Below are positions 28,919 to 38,818 of a stretch of DNA of 47,870 nucleotides, piece by piece. Where the stretch lies: contig NZ_JBIPMD010000001.1 in assembly GCF_044369315.1 (NCBI RefSeq), forward strand, positions 1-47,870, in the 5' to 3' direction. The stretch is from Silvanigrella sp. Lineage in GTDB: Bacteria > Bdellovibrionota_B > Oligoflexia > Silvanigrellales > Silvanigrellaceae. Every line of letters begins with the position of its first letter. Within the stretch, counting starts at the first letter, position 1. Both the position numbers and the translations under genes were made by a program. Under the pieces are notes generated by a model, which did not search any database, was not told where the DNA came from, and was given only the letters and a program-made list of their open reading frames with translations.

Positions 28919-29923
28919 ATGCTTGATAAAAGAGATCTTGATAATTTTATACCGATAGTATTATGTGCCGGATTTGGCACAAGACTTAAACCTTTAACAA
29001 ATTATATACCCAAAGTTGTTTGCCCAATACTTAATAAACCTGTTGCTTTTTTAAGTATTGAAATATTTTTAAAGGCTGGATTTAAAAAAGTTCATTGTAA
29101 TACCCATTATTTAGCAAATGAAGTTCAACAAGAAATAATTGAAGCCGCTAAGTACTTTGGATATGATTCTAACCAAATTGTTTTTTGGCATGAAGAAGAT
29201 ATTTTAGAAACTGGCGGTGGTATCGCTCGTATATATCACGAAATAACAAAAAATGAAAAAAATAATATTGGCAAAGATGCTATTGTTGTCTCTGGAGATA
29301 TCGCCGCTGATTTTCCGTTAGAAGATATGATAAAAAAATGGAAAGCTAAAAATTCAAATGATTGGGCATTAATGTGCACTCATAATACAGATTGTGTAAG
29401 AAAAGATGCCACATGGGTTTCCCATAATAATAATTATGTTTTAGGATTTGGAGGCAATTTTAAACCAAACGAAAATGCAATAGCAAAAGTTTTTACTACT
29501 CACCAAATCATTTCTAAAGATCTTTTGAATATAGTAGAAGTTGAAAAAAAATCCAGCATCGAAATATATTATAAAAAAATATTATTACTTGGTAAAAATA
29601 TTATAAATTATTCATACCCTCAAGAAAGTTATTGGTTTGATATTGGAACCCCAAAAACATATTTAGAGTGTATAGAATTTTTTGAAAAAAAATTTAAAAA
29701 AGAACTTAGTATCGAATTTTACAATGAAAATATAATTAATTATTGTTTTATAATACCAGATTCTTTAAAAAAATATATAGAATCAAACAATGATGATATA
29801 TATTTAAATAAAATAAATAGTAAAAAAATACTTATTAGTTTTAGAGATAAAATTAAAAATAATAAAATATCGGCTTTAAAAGAAATAAATAATGATACTG
29901 AAAATTTCTATATAATATTTTAA
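28919..29923 (+). CDS. murU: MurU-like sugar-phosphate nucleotidyltransferase
   Basis: LCAGFGTRLKPLTNYIPK, NTHYLA, ILETGGGI, WFDIGTP. Confidence 0.75.
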   Translation: MLDKRDLDNFIPIVLCAGFGTRLKPLTNYIPKVVCPILNKPVAFLSIEIFLKAGFKKVHCNTHYLANEVQQEIIEAAKYFGYDSNQIVFWHEEDILETGGGIARIYHEITKNEKNNIGKDAIVVSGDIAADFPLEDMIKKWKAKNSNDWALMCTHNTDCVRKDATWVSHNNNYVLGFGGNFKPNENAIAKVFTTHQIISKDLLNIVEVEKKSSIEIYYKKILLLGKNIINYSYPQESYWFDIGTPKTYLECIEFFEKKFKKELSIEFYNENIINYCFIIPDSLKKYIESNNDDIYLNKINSKKILISFRDKIKNNKISALKEINNDTENFYIIF

Positions 29924-29948
29924 ATGAAATGAATTTTATGGAGAATCA

Positions 29949-30482
29949 ATGAGACTTATTTTTATTTCAGGAGATGGGCATGGGGCTGGTAAAACCTATT
30001 TTGCAAATAAAATAGCTAGTGATAAAAGTCAAATATTTTCAATTGCAAACATGATCAGAAAAGAACTTGCAGTTGAATACCCTAACTATGATTGGTACAA
30101 TAAAGACCCAAGATATAAAATTTATACTAATGTAAAAGAAACAAATTTGTCTGTACATCAAATGCTTATTAATAAAGGTAACGAGAAAAAACAAAAAAAT
30201 AATATATATTGGGCTAAACAATTAGTTGAAATAATTTCATATAATAAAGAATTCTTAGACCTTAAAATTGCTATTATTGATGATCTCAGATATTTGGATG
30301 AGTTTGAGTTTATTAAAAGATACTTACAAAATGATCAAATAACTCATATTCATATTATTAATCCTCATGCAAAACCTGAACCTAATTATGAGAATGAAAA
30401 ATTAAAAGAATTATCTGATTTCCAAATAATATCTAAAAGAATTCTCAATGTGAGAAGCCTTAAATTAGAAAAAAAAGAGTGA
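29949..30482 (+). CDS. P-loop kinase (dNMP-kinase / phosphomevalonate-kinase-like), copy 1
   Basis: IFISGDGHGAGKT, IANMIRKEL, NNIYWAKQ, IIDDLRYLDE. Confidence 0.65.
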   Translation: MRLIFISGDGHGAGKTYFANKIASDKSQIFSIANMIRKELAVEYPNYDWYNKDPRYKIYTNVKETNLSVHQMLINKGNEKKQKNNIYWAKQLVEIISYNKEFLDLKIAIIDDLRYLDEFEFIKRYLQNDQITHIHIINPHAKPEPNYENEKLKELSDFQIISKRILNVRSLKLEKKE

Positions 30483-30523
30483 TATATCACCAAAGCAAGC
30501 CTTTTTAAATTTATGGAGAAACC

Positions 30524-31042
30524 ATGAGAATCATTTTTATTTCTGGAGATGGACATGGAGCTGGTAAAACTTATTTAGCGAAAAAAATTGCAAGCAATAA
30601 ACACCAAATATTCTCAATAGCAAATACAATACGAAAAGAACTTGCAATTCAATATCCAAATTATGACTGGTATAATAAATCACCTTCCTTTAAAGACAAT
30701 ACTATTCTAAAAGAAAATGGAAAAACAATTCATCAAATGCTAGATGATAAAGGAAATGAAAAAAAATCTGTTAACAATTTATATTGGGCACAACAAATTG
30801 TAGATTTATTAAAATATAATAGAGACAGCTTAAAACTTGAAATTGCCGTTATTGATGATGTAAGATTTGTAGATGAATATCATTATATAAGAAAACAATT
30901 TGAGAATGAACATATTACTCATTTTCATATTATAAACCCTTCTGCAAAAGCAGAGCCAATGTATGAAAACGATGAATTAAAAGCCTTAGCAGATTATCAC
31001 TTAATTTCAAAACTTGTAATGAGTTCTATGAAACAAGAATAA
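30524..31042 (+). CDS. P-loop kinase (dNMP-kinase / phosphomevalonate-kinase-like), copy 2
   Basis: Aligns without gaps to copy 1; VIDDVRFVDE. Confidence 0.65.
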   Translation: MRIIFISGDGHGAGKTYLAKKIASNKHQIFSIANTIRKELAIQYPNYDWYNKSPSFKDNTILKENGKTIHQMLDDKGNEKKSVNNLYWAQQIVDLLKYNRDSLKLEIAVIDDVRFVDEYHYIRKQFENEHITHFHIINPSAKAEPMYENDELKALADYHLISKLVMSSMKQE

Positions 31043-31061
31043 ATTTGTAAAAATGATTATT

Positions 31062-31538
31062 TTAAAATTTTATATTTGTTGCATAAGTTGCAAATGTAAC
31101 CCATACCGCAGTCAAAAATATTAGAAAAGACGAAGTTTTCGAAATTTGATAAATTTTACCACTTATAAATGAAGAATAAGAAATAACAACTAAATTTGCA
31201 ACTAATGAAATAGATTCATTATTAAATTTTTGCGTATAAAATGGATATAATATACAAATAATAAATAAAATTGGTATTAAAAATAAATTATTTTTATACG
31301 AATTCTTTTTTATTAAGATCCATTGTGAATAAGACATGCATAAAATTAAAAACAGCCAAACCGTTCCTATGATATAGGGAGCTGGCAACAGCGGACTTCT
31401 AACTAACTCTAAATTAGAATTTGAGTTTCTAAAATTAAATATAAAAATAATACTATTAACGAATAGAACTATTAAAGCACTTGAAATAATCAGCTTTAAT
31501 AAACCTTTTTTATTGCCTTGAATTTTATAAAATTTCAT
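31062..31538 (-). CDS. TspO/MBR-family tryptophan-rich sensory protein
   Basis: SPLLPAPYIIGTVWLFL and WVTFATY motifs; five TM helices. Confidence 0.75.
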   Translation of the reverse strand: MKFYKIQGNKKGLLKLIISSALIVLFVNSIIFIFNFRNSNSNLELVRSPLLPAPYIIGTVWLFLILCMSYSQWILIKKNSYKNNLFLIPILFIICILYPFYTQKFNNESISLVANLVVISYSSFISGKIYQISKTSSFLIFLTAVWVTFATYATNIKF

Positions 31539-31681
31539 AACAAATTTTTACTCTTTCTTTTAAAAATGTAATGTAATTTTACATCCATTGAAATGGATAT
31601 TTTGAATTTTAATATATAAATCAAAAATTTTAAAGAAATAGATACTAGAAAAAAGAAGGGCATTCCTCAATTTAATATTTA

Positions 31682-32569
31682 TTAATCATCTTTAGGGTCT
31701 TTAGGAATATCATCTGGATTTACAAAATTACTTTCTGAAGATTTTTTAATTGCATTCTTTTCTTCTTCAGATAATTCATTTTTTGATGTCTCTTGTTTTA
31801 CATCAATTGATTTTAGTTCCGTTTTATTTTGGTCGTTTATAGCATTTAAATCTTTTTTATTAGGTTCTTCATTAGAAACTTTTGTATCCTCATTTAAATT
31901 TAAATTTTTTACAGGCTGAGTCTCTGATTCTTTATTTATGATATTATATCCACCAGCATCAGCAGTTAATGCTTTAGGCCTAAAATAAACAGCTGTTCCT
32001 TCTTTAATTCTATCTGGGTTTGCTATTTGAGGGTTTTCCTTCCACAAAACACGCCAGTCTTTAGATCTTCCAAAAACAGCCTTTGAAATATGAGAAAGTG
32101 TATCTCCTTTTTTAACTATGATTTTTGCTCTAGGGGCATTTTCATATTTTTCGGCAAACATTTTTGTTTTGTCATCTAATTGATAATAAATAACATCTCC
32201 AGCATAAATTTTATTTGAATCTACTATTTTATTTATTTCAGCTATTTTTTTCCAGCTTTTAAGATCACCATATATTTTTTTAGATATTTTACCTAAATTA
32301 TCACCCGCTTGAACATAATATGGCAATAAAATATTTTGATTACTTGGAGGAACGAGACCTTCTACAAAATCAGCTGATTCCTTGTTTACAAGCTCTTCAA
32401 CTTTTTGATTTTGAGCCTGATTCAACTGTTCTTCATCGTTTTTAGCACTCGTCATACATCCAAATAAGGATAATGAGAAGAAAGAACATAATAGAACAAA
32501 TTTAAATTTTTTATAAATAGACGCCATATTTTGCATAATATTTTTCTTCATGGCAAATTTCATCCTCAA
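31682..32569 (-). CDS. LysM-domain lipoprotein (two LysM repeats)
   Basis: Lipobox SLFGC; YYVQAGDNLGKISKKIYG...IYAGD; IVKKGDTLSHISKAVFG...NPDRI. Confidence 0.88.
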   Translation of the reverse strand: MRMKFAMKKNIMQNMASIYKKFKFVLLCSFFSLSLFGCMTSAKNDEEQLNQAQNQKVEELVNKESADFVEGLVPPSNQNILLPYYVQAGDNLGKISKKIYGDLKSWKKIAEINKIVDSNKIYAGDVIYYQLDDKTKMFAEKYENAPRAKIIVKKGDTLSHISKAVFGRSKDWRVLWKENPQIANPDRIKEGTAVYFRPKALTADAGGYNIINKESETQPVKNLNLNEDTKVSNEEPNKKDLNAINDQNKTELKSIDVKQETSKNELSEEEKNAIKKSSESNFVNPDDIPKDPKDD

Positions 32570-32594
32570 ACAGTAAATTTCTTTTACAAGTCCA

Positions 32595-32621
32595 TTATCG
32601 GACTTGATAAAGTGAAGTTGA
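32595..32621 (-). promoter_or_regulatory. Putative sigma-28 (FliA)-type promoter for the LysM gene
   Basis: Minus strand TCAA-N15-TCCGATAA; 7/8 match to the GCCGATAA -10 box with exact 15-nt spacing. Confidence 0.55.
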
Positions 32622-32701
32622 ATGCTTTAGGCACATATGATTGTGCCACGTTTTTGACTTATTGTTACGATTACTTCGTTTTAAACCCAAAGAGGACATC
32701 A

Positions 32702-33778
32702 ATGAATAATGAATTTAAACATATAACTGTATTAAAGAAAGAAACGATACAAAATATTTTTCCTTCTGAAAAACTTTTGAATTTATTAAAAACAAATAAA
32801 ACATATAAATTAAATATTGTAGATGCAACTTTGGGTGGTGGCGGACATGCTGAATATTTTATTCATTTATTTATTAATGATCCTATTTTTAATAATTTTG
32901 AATTGAATTTTATTGGATTTGACCAAGATATAAATGCACTAAACTTTACTGAAAAGAAATTTAAAGAGGTGCAATTAAAACATAAAAACATTCATTTACA
33001 TTTCGAAAATGAAAATTTTAAAAATTTGGCACAAATTTGGCAAACAAAATTTCCTGGTGAAAAAATTCATGGTTTATATGCTGATTTTGGAGTTAGTTCT
33101 CCACAGTTAGATATTGGAAAAAGAGGCTTTTCATTAATTCATGATGGCCCCATTGATATGCGAATGAATCCCAATGATAATTTAACTGCTAAAAATATTT
33201 TAGAAGAATATTCCGAATTAGAATTAACACGTATCTTTTTTGAATATGGCGAAGAACCTAAATCGAGAAAACTTGCAAAAGCAATTGTTCAGGATAGAAA
33301 AATAGAAAAAATACCACTTCATAGCACTATAGAGCTTGCTGAATACATCAAAAGAGTGCTTGCCTATCCAAATAGCAGAGTTCATCCTGCCACAAGAACA
33401 TTCCAGGCATTAAGAATTGAAGTAAACAAAGAGTTGGAATCCATAAATTATCTTCTTCAAGAAATTCCTGATCTTATTCATTCTTACGGAAAAGTAGGCT
33501 TTATTTCATTTCATTCCTTGGAAGATAGACTAATCAAACATGCGATGCGAAATTGGCAAAAAGGGAAGAAAGCTCACGAAAAACAAAGCGAAAAAAAAGA
33601 AATTAATATCCCCTTGCATCTTCAACTTCATTTAGAAGAAAATCATAATAAAGGTTTTGGCAAAGAAATACCGCGTGGAGGCATAACAGCTTCCGATGAG
33701 GAATGCCAAATGAATAATCGCTCTCGATCCGCAAGACTTCGTTGTTTTGAGTTTTCAAGAGAAACAGGGGGGGGGTAA
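32702..33778 (+). CDS. rsmH: 16S rRNA m4C1402 methyltransferase
   Basis: HITVL, VDATLGGGGH, DFGVSSPQLD, RGFS, DMRM, HPATRTFQALRIEVN, SFHSLEDR, SRSARLR. ATG 32702 follows AGAGG. Confidence 0.96.
   Translation: MNNEFKHITVLKKETIQNIFPSEKLLNLLKTNKTYKLNIVDATLGGGGHAEYFIHLFINDPIFNNFELNFIGFDQDINALNFTEKKFKEVQLKHKNIHLHFENENFKNLAQIWQTKFPGEKIHGLYADFGVSSPQLDIGKRGFSLIHDGPIDMRMNPNDNLTAKNILEEYSELELTRIFFEYGEEPKSRKLAKAIVQDRKIEKIPLHSTIELAEYIKRVLAYPNSRVHPATRTFQALRIEVNKELESINYLLQEIPDLIHSYGKVGFISFHSLEDRLIKHAMRNWQKGKKAHEKQSEKKEINIPLHLQLHLEENHNKGFGKEIPRGGITASDEECQMNNRSRSARLRCFEFSRETGGG
33767..33775 (+). repeat. G9 homopolymer at the rsmH/ftsL junction
   Basis: ACA-GGGGGGGGG-TAAAGTG. Confidence 0.9.
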
Positions 33779-33779
33779 A

Positions 33780-34082
33780 GTGCTAAAATTTTTAAAAGGA
33801 TTTGATGCAATCATTGCAATTATTTTTTTAACGATTATTGTTGGTATAATAGTTATTACAATGAGATCTAAAACTTATTCTGTAGGTTATGAAATTGCTG
33901 CTTTAAAATCTAAGGAAAAAATTCTTAGACAAAGACAAGTCGAGCTGCAATCTGAATTAGCTGCAACAGAAAGAAATGTTAGAGACAATTTGCTTGCCCA
34001 GAAAGATCCTTCAGGCAAGCTTAATAAGTATGTATTACCAGATCCAAAACGTGTTTTAAGAGCAGAAAAAGGGTTACATTAA
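33780..34082 (+). CDS. ftsL: Cell division protein FtsL-like
   Basis: One TM helix followed by a coiled coil (GYEIAALKSKEKILRQRQVELQSELA); sits between rsmH and ftsI; GTG start. Confidence 0.75.
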   Translation: MLKFLKGFDAIIAIIFLTIIVGIIVITMRSKTYSVGYEIAALKSKEKILRQRQVELQSELAATERNVRDNLLAQKDPSGKLNKYVLPDPKRVLRAEKGLH

Positions 34083-34099
34083 ATAAAAAGGTAACAAAA

Positions 34100-35989
34100 G
34101 TGGGAAATAAAATAAATTTACAAGTTAATTTCTTAGTTAAATTTAAAAATTATTTTAACCCAAAGCAAAACAAAAAATTACCTAATTATAAGTTTCGAGC
34201 CCAAACAATGGGTATTTTTTATTGCATTTTTTTAAGTATTATTCTTGTTAGATACGCATGGATAACTTTTTTTCCTACTCCACTAAGAACAAAATTAATT
34301 GCAACTGGGACAAGACAATTTGAAAAAAATTTAACTTTAGCTCAGCCAAGAGCAACAATAACGGATAGAAAAGGAAGAGTTTTAGCCGTCAGTATATCTA
34401 GACCAAGCATTTATCTTTTAACACATAAAATGCCTGAAGAAATTAGCATTTTAAAAAAAGTTTCTGATCAAATTCATGTTCCATTAGAAACATTAATTTC
34501 TTATAGAGATGATAAAAGAAATTTTATTTGGCTGAAACGACAAATGAGTCAAAGTGAATTTATTAAAATTGGAAGTCTAAAAAAATGGCAAGAATTTATT
34601 GGTGTTGTTGATGAACCTAAAAGAGTATATCCAGAAAAAGATCTTGCAGCACAATTAATAGGATTTGTTGGTTCTGAAGGTAACGGTCTTGAAGGAATTG
34701 AAAAAATATATAATTCAAGACTGAATATAAAACCAATTAAATCAGAAGTAATGAAAGATGCTAGAGGCAGACTTGTAATGGTTACACCAAATGACGCTTC
34801 TAAACCAGATCAAAAAGCTCCAAATTTAACTCTTTCAATTGATTTATCTATTCAAGAATTCACTCAAAACGCACTTAAAGATGGAGTTATTAGAGCAAAA
34901 GCAAAAGGCGGAAGCGCTATTGTTATGGATGTAAAAACAGGTGAAATACTATCTATGGCAAGTTATCCTTCTTATGACTTAAATAATCCTCCTGAAAATG
35001 ACCCAGCATCTAGGCGCTTACGCCCTGTAATGGATGCAATTGAACTTGGTTCTGTTGTTAAACCAATGTGGATTTCTAAAGCGCTTGATCTTGGAGTTGT
35101 AACACCTGAGACAAAAGTTTATGCAGAAAATGGTCAAATGTCTTTACCTGGCGGAATCATACATGACACTCATGAACATGGATGGATTACTCCTGAAGAA
35201 ATATTAAAAGTAAGTAGTAATATTGGTGCTTATAAAGTTGTTCAAAAAATAGGTCGTGAAAATTTTTATGACTCATTAATGAAAATAGGTTTTGGAAGGC
35301 AACCGGGAACGGGACTTCCAGGAGAATGGACTGGTCGAATAAAAGCATTAAATACCTGGAGAGAAATGAATTTTGCAAATATGGCTTTTGGGCAAGGTTT
35401 TGCAATTTCTCCTCTGCAATTAGTACATGGATTATCTATTATTGTTGGTGGTGGAATTGATCACGGAGTTAATTTAATTGCGATAGATGAAAAAAAACAA
35501 AAAGATTTTGTAGGCCCTCCATTAAAATATATTTCTTCAAATACAAGCCTACTCATCTCTAAAATGATGGAATCCGTTGTTGAAGAAGAAGGAGGAACGG
35601 GTTCTCCGGCACGAATTCCAGGTGTGCTTGTTTCTGGTAAAACAGGAACTGCTCAAATTTGGTCATTAAAAGAACACTCTTATTCTGGCAGAACTGCTGT
35701 TTTTGAGGGTGTTATTCCTTCTGACGATCCTAAATTAGCTATTGTAGTTGTTATTGATGAAGCTGGAATAAGACCCGCTTATGGAGGCCCTCTTGCTGGC
35801 CCTGTTTTTGCTGATATCGGAAAAAAAACAGTACAATATTTAAATTCTCAAGGAATTTTTGATGTCAAGCCATATGAAAATGCTTATTTAAAAAGAAATA
35901 AACCAAATATAAATAATAATATTAATAAACCACAAAGCTCTGCTATGACAAATAATCATAATGAAACAGAGATTAAAAAGGAACAATGA
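34100..35989 (+). CDS. ftsI: Penicillin-binding protein 3 (septal transpeptidase)
   Basis: PRATITDRKG, RVYP, GSVVKP (SxxK), SSN, KTGTAQ; dcw position. Confidence 0.92.
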   Translation: MGNKINLQVNFLVKFKNYFNPKQNKKLPNYKFRAQTMGIFYCIFLSIILVRYAWITFFPTPLRTKLIATGTRQFEKNLTLAQPRATITDRKGRVLAVSISRPSIYLLTHKMPEEISILKKVSDQIHVPLETLISYRDDKRNFIWLKRQMSQSEFIKIGSLKKWQEFIGVVDEPKRVYPEKDLAAQLIGFVGSEGNGLEGIEKIYNSRLNIKPIKSEVMKDARGRLVMVTPNDASKPDQKAPNLTLSIDLSIQEFTQNALKDGVIRAKAKGGSAIVMDVKTGEILSMASYPSYDLNNPPENDPASRRLRPVMDAIELGSVVKPMWISKALDLGVVTPETKVYAENGQMSLPGGIIHDTHEHGWITPEEILKVSSNIGAYKVVQKIGRENFYDSLMKIGFGRQPGTGLPGEWTGRIKALNTWREMNFANMAFGQGFAISPLQLVHGLSIIVGGGIDHGVNLIAIDEKKQKDFVGPPLKYISSNTSLLISKMMESVVEEEGGTGSPARIPGVLVSGKTGTAQIWSLKEHSYSGRTAVFEGVIPSDDPKLAIVVVIDEAGIRPAYGGPLAGPVFADIGKKTVQYLNSQGIFDVKPYENAYLKRNKPNINNNINKPQSSAMTNNHNETEIKKEQ

Positions 35990-35995
35990 TTTAAA

Positions 35996-37684
35996 ATGTC
36001 TTTTAATTATAAAATAGAAATACCTAAGTGCTCTATAGAAAACGCAATTCATATTTTAAAAACTGATAATTTAGTTGTAAATAATCTTCCTATTCATAAT
36101 AAATCAAAATCACCTTTAGACTTAATAATAAATTCTAATGAACTTAAAAAATTCAAAGATAATGATGATTTATTAAAGGAAGATTCTTTTATTTACATTG
36201 CTAGAGTAGGTAAAAAATTTGATGGTCATACGTTAATAGAGAAAATATTAAGTTCTAAGAACTATTTTATTGGCAATGAAGAAAATGTGATTGATATAGC
36301 AAAAAAAAATAATTATTCTGACGATTGGCTTTCAAAAATAATTAATAATCCTTATTTTATTAAAGTAATAGACACAGAAAAAACAATTCATTTATTATTT
36401 GAAAAGTGTTACCAAATAAATAAAGAATATTTTAATACAATTGCTGTTACTGGAACAAATGGAAAAACTTCGGTCGTTCAAATATGTTCTCAAATATTTG
36501 AATTTTTAACTGCAAAAAAATGCCTACGCATAGGCACTTTAGGCTTGCAAATTGGTGAATATAACATGGAATCTTCGCATGTTACAACTCCTGACTATCC
36601 AGCTTTATTAAGTATAATAAATTTATGCCAAAAAAATAATATTGATAAAATAGTTATGGAAGCCACTTCGCATGGATTGTTAGAAAAAAGACTAGGTAAT
36701 TGGAAAGTAAATACCGCTATATTTACAAATTTAACTCAAGATCACTTAGACTATCATGGAACTATGGATAATTACCGAAATGCTAAGTTAAAATTATTTG
36801 ATGAATATTTAAACGAAAACGGCTGTGCTATTATTTGTACAAATAATTTTGATTGGGAGTTTTTTGCTAAACGTGCTGTTGGAAATAAAAGAACATTAAT
36901 TGGAGTAGGAAACGAAAATATTTCAAATTCTTTTTTTTCTACATTTAAAAATTTATTTAAATCTGTATTTTATTTATCTATAATAGATCAAAAATCTTCA
37001 TTAAAAGGCATTTCTGGAACTTTAATACTTAAAGATTCTCATAAAACCTTAGAATCAGAATATTTTAGTGCTCCTATTATAGGAAATTTTCAATTCGACA
37101 ACATTATGTGCTCTATAGCTACCATGTTTAATGATGGCTTTAAAATTAGTGAAATTTCTAAAAAGCTTGTAAATATAAAAAACATACCTGGAAGACTTGA
37201 AATCGTTAAACATAAAACCGAATTTGATAATAAATTTCCTACAGTTCTTGTTGACTACGCCCATTCTCCAGATGCTTTAGAAAAAGCGATTGTAGTTTGT
37301 AAAAATATACTTTCCTTAGAAGGAAAAGGAAAACTAATTACAGTATTTGGTTGTGGTGGAGACAGAGATAAAACGAAAAGAGCTATCATGGGTAAGATTG
37401 CTTCTACCTTATCAGATAAAGTTATTGTTACTTCTGATAATCCAAGAAATGAAGACCCTGGTAAAATTATTGACGATATTTTTACAGGTATCAATTCCAA
37501 TTATAATTGCTTTAGAGAAAGTGACCGCAAAAAAGCAATTGAGTTTGCAATCAATTCTGCTGAACAATTTGATCTTATTCTTGTTGCAGGAAAAGGTCAT
37601 GAGGATTATCAAATTATTGGTGAAACAAAATACCCATTTTCGGATTCACAAATTGCTTTATCTATATTAAGTAAGGAGAATTAA
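35996..37684 (+). CDS. murE: UDP-MurNAc-tripeptide synthetase (meso-DAP type)
   Basis: TGTNGKTS, TTPD, MEATSHG, NLTQDHLDYH, VDYAHSPD, GCGGDRD, DNPR, AGKGHE. Confidence 0.95.
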   Translation: MSFNYKIEIPKCSIENAIHILKTDNLVVNNLPIHNKSKSPLDLIINSNELKKFKDNDDLLKEDSFIYIARVGKKFDGHTLIEKILSSKNYFIGNEENVIDIAKKNNYSDDWLSKIINNPYFIKVIDTEKTIHLLFEKCYQINKEYFNTIAVTGTNGKTSVVQICSQIFEFLTAKKCLRIGTLGLQIGEYNMESSHVTTPDYPALLSIINLCQKNNIDKIVMEATSHGLLEKRLGNWKVNTAIFTNLTQDHLDYHGTMDNYRNAKLKLFDEYLNENGCAIICTNNFDWEFFAKRAVGNKRTLIGVGNENISNSFFSTFKNLFKSVFYLSIIDQKSSLKGISGTLILKDSHKTLESEYFSAPIIGNFQFDNIMCSIATMFNDGFKISEISKKLVNIKNIPGRLEIVKHKTEFDNKFPTVLVDYAHSPDALEKAIVVCKNILSLEGKGKLITVFGCGGDRDKTKRAIMGKIASTLSDKVIVTSDNPRNEDPGKIIDDIFTGINSNYNCFRESDRKKAIEFAINSAEQFDLILVAGKGHEDYQIIGETKYPFSDSQIALSILSKEN

Positions 37685-37689
37685 AAAGA

Positions 37690-38805
37690 ATGCTTTATTT
37701 ACTTATCATGAAACTCATAATGATCAATCCTAAGCTTTCTGGTCTAAAAGCATTCTCTTACTTATCTAGCCGCGCCATATTAGCATTAATAACTAGTATA
37801 ATTGTTTCCATGATACTATATCCAAAAGCAATCCGATTATTAAGATCTTTGAAAGCGGGACAACCCATCCGAGAACTTGGATTAGAAGAACAAATGCTAA
37901 AAAAAGGAACTCCAACAATGGGTGGAGTTGTGATTATATTTGCAACTTTATTTAGTGTCATTTTATGGATGGATGTTACAAATAGACATTTTTTTACACT
38001 ATTAATTATAACAGTTGGATATGGTTTTATTGGATTTTTAGATGACTATTTAAAAATATCTAAAAAAAATACTGATGGTTTATCAAGCAAAAAGAAAATG
38101 TTAGGGCTTTTATTTTTTGGAACTTTAGCTGTTATTTGGCATTTATGGTCATCATTTCATGTCCTAAATCCAAATGCATATACGTTAAATCCAACTTCAG
38201 TAAATATTCCTTTTTTTAAAAATCTTATTATAAACTTAGGGATTTTTTACGCCCCTTTTGCAATATTAGTTATTGTAGGTTCAAGTAATGCTGTTAACTT
38301 AACAGATGGTTTAGATGGTCTCGCAATTGGTCCTGTTATTACCTGTGCATTAACTTTAACAATTTTAAGTTACGTAACAGGAAATGTGATTGTATCAAAA
38401 TATCTTTTATACCATTCCATTCCTGGCTCTGGAGAAATTAGCGTATTTCTTTCCGCACTCATTGGAGCATCTATAGGATTCCTTTGGTACAATACATTTC
38501 CAGCACAAATTTTTATGGGTGATTCAGGCGCTCTTGCTTTAGGTGGAATTCTTGGAACTGTTGCCATTATTACGGGACATGAAATTTTACTTGTTTTAAT
38601 GGGTGGTATTTTTGTTGCTGAAGCATTAAGTGTGATTATTCAAGTTGCTTCATTTAAAACACGAGGCAAAAGGGTTTTTAGAATGGCGCCAGTTCATCAC
38701 CATTATCAAAAAAAAGGATGGCCAGAACAAAAAATAACAGTAAGAATTTGGATTATAAGTTTTATTCTTGCTCTTTTGAGTATATTAACTCTTAAATTAA
38801 GATAA
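37690..38805 (+). CDS. mraY: Phospho-MurNAc-pentapeptide transferase
   Basis: KKGTPTMGG, GFLDDY, NAVNLTDGLDGL, FMGDSG, MAPVHHHY. Confidence 0.97.
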   Translation: MLYLLIMKLIMINPKLSGLKAFSYLSSRAILALITSIIVSMILYPKAIRLLRSLKAGQPIRELGLEEQMLKKGTPTMGGVVIIFATLFSVILWMDVTNRHFFTLLIITVGYGFIGFLDDYLKISKKNTDGLSSKKKMLGLLFFGTLAVIWHLWSSFHVLNPNAYTLNPTSVNIPFFKNLIINLGIFYAPFAILVIVGSSNAVNLTDGLDGLAIGPVITCALTLTILSYVTGNVIVSKYLLYHSIPGSGEISVFLSALIGASIGFLWYNTFPAQIFMGDSGALALGGILGTVAIITGHEILLVLMGGIFVAEALSVIIQVASFKTRGKRVFRMAPVHHHYQKKGWPEQKITVRIWIISFILALLSILTLKLR

Positions 38806-38818
38806 TAGGTAATATAAT

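Noticed and set aside
32531-32701. N-terminal extension of RsmH in the ORF track
   Set aside because: It overlaps the divergent LysM start and promoter; ATG 32702 has an RBS and matches the family start.
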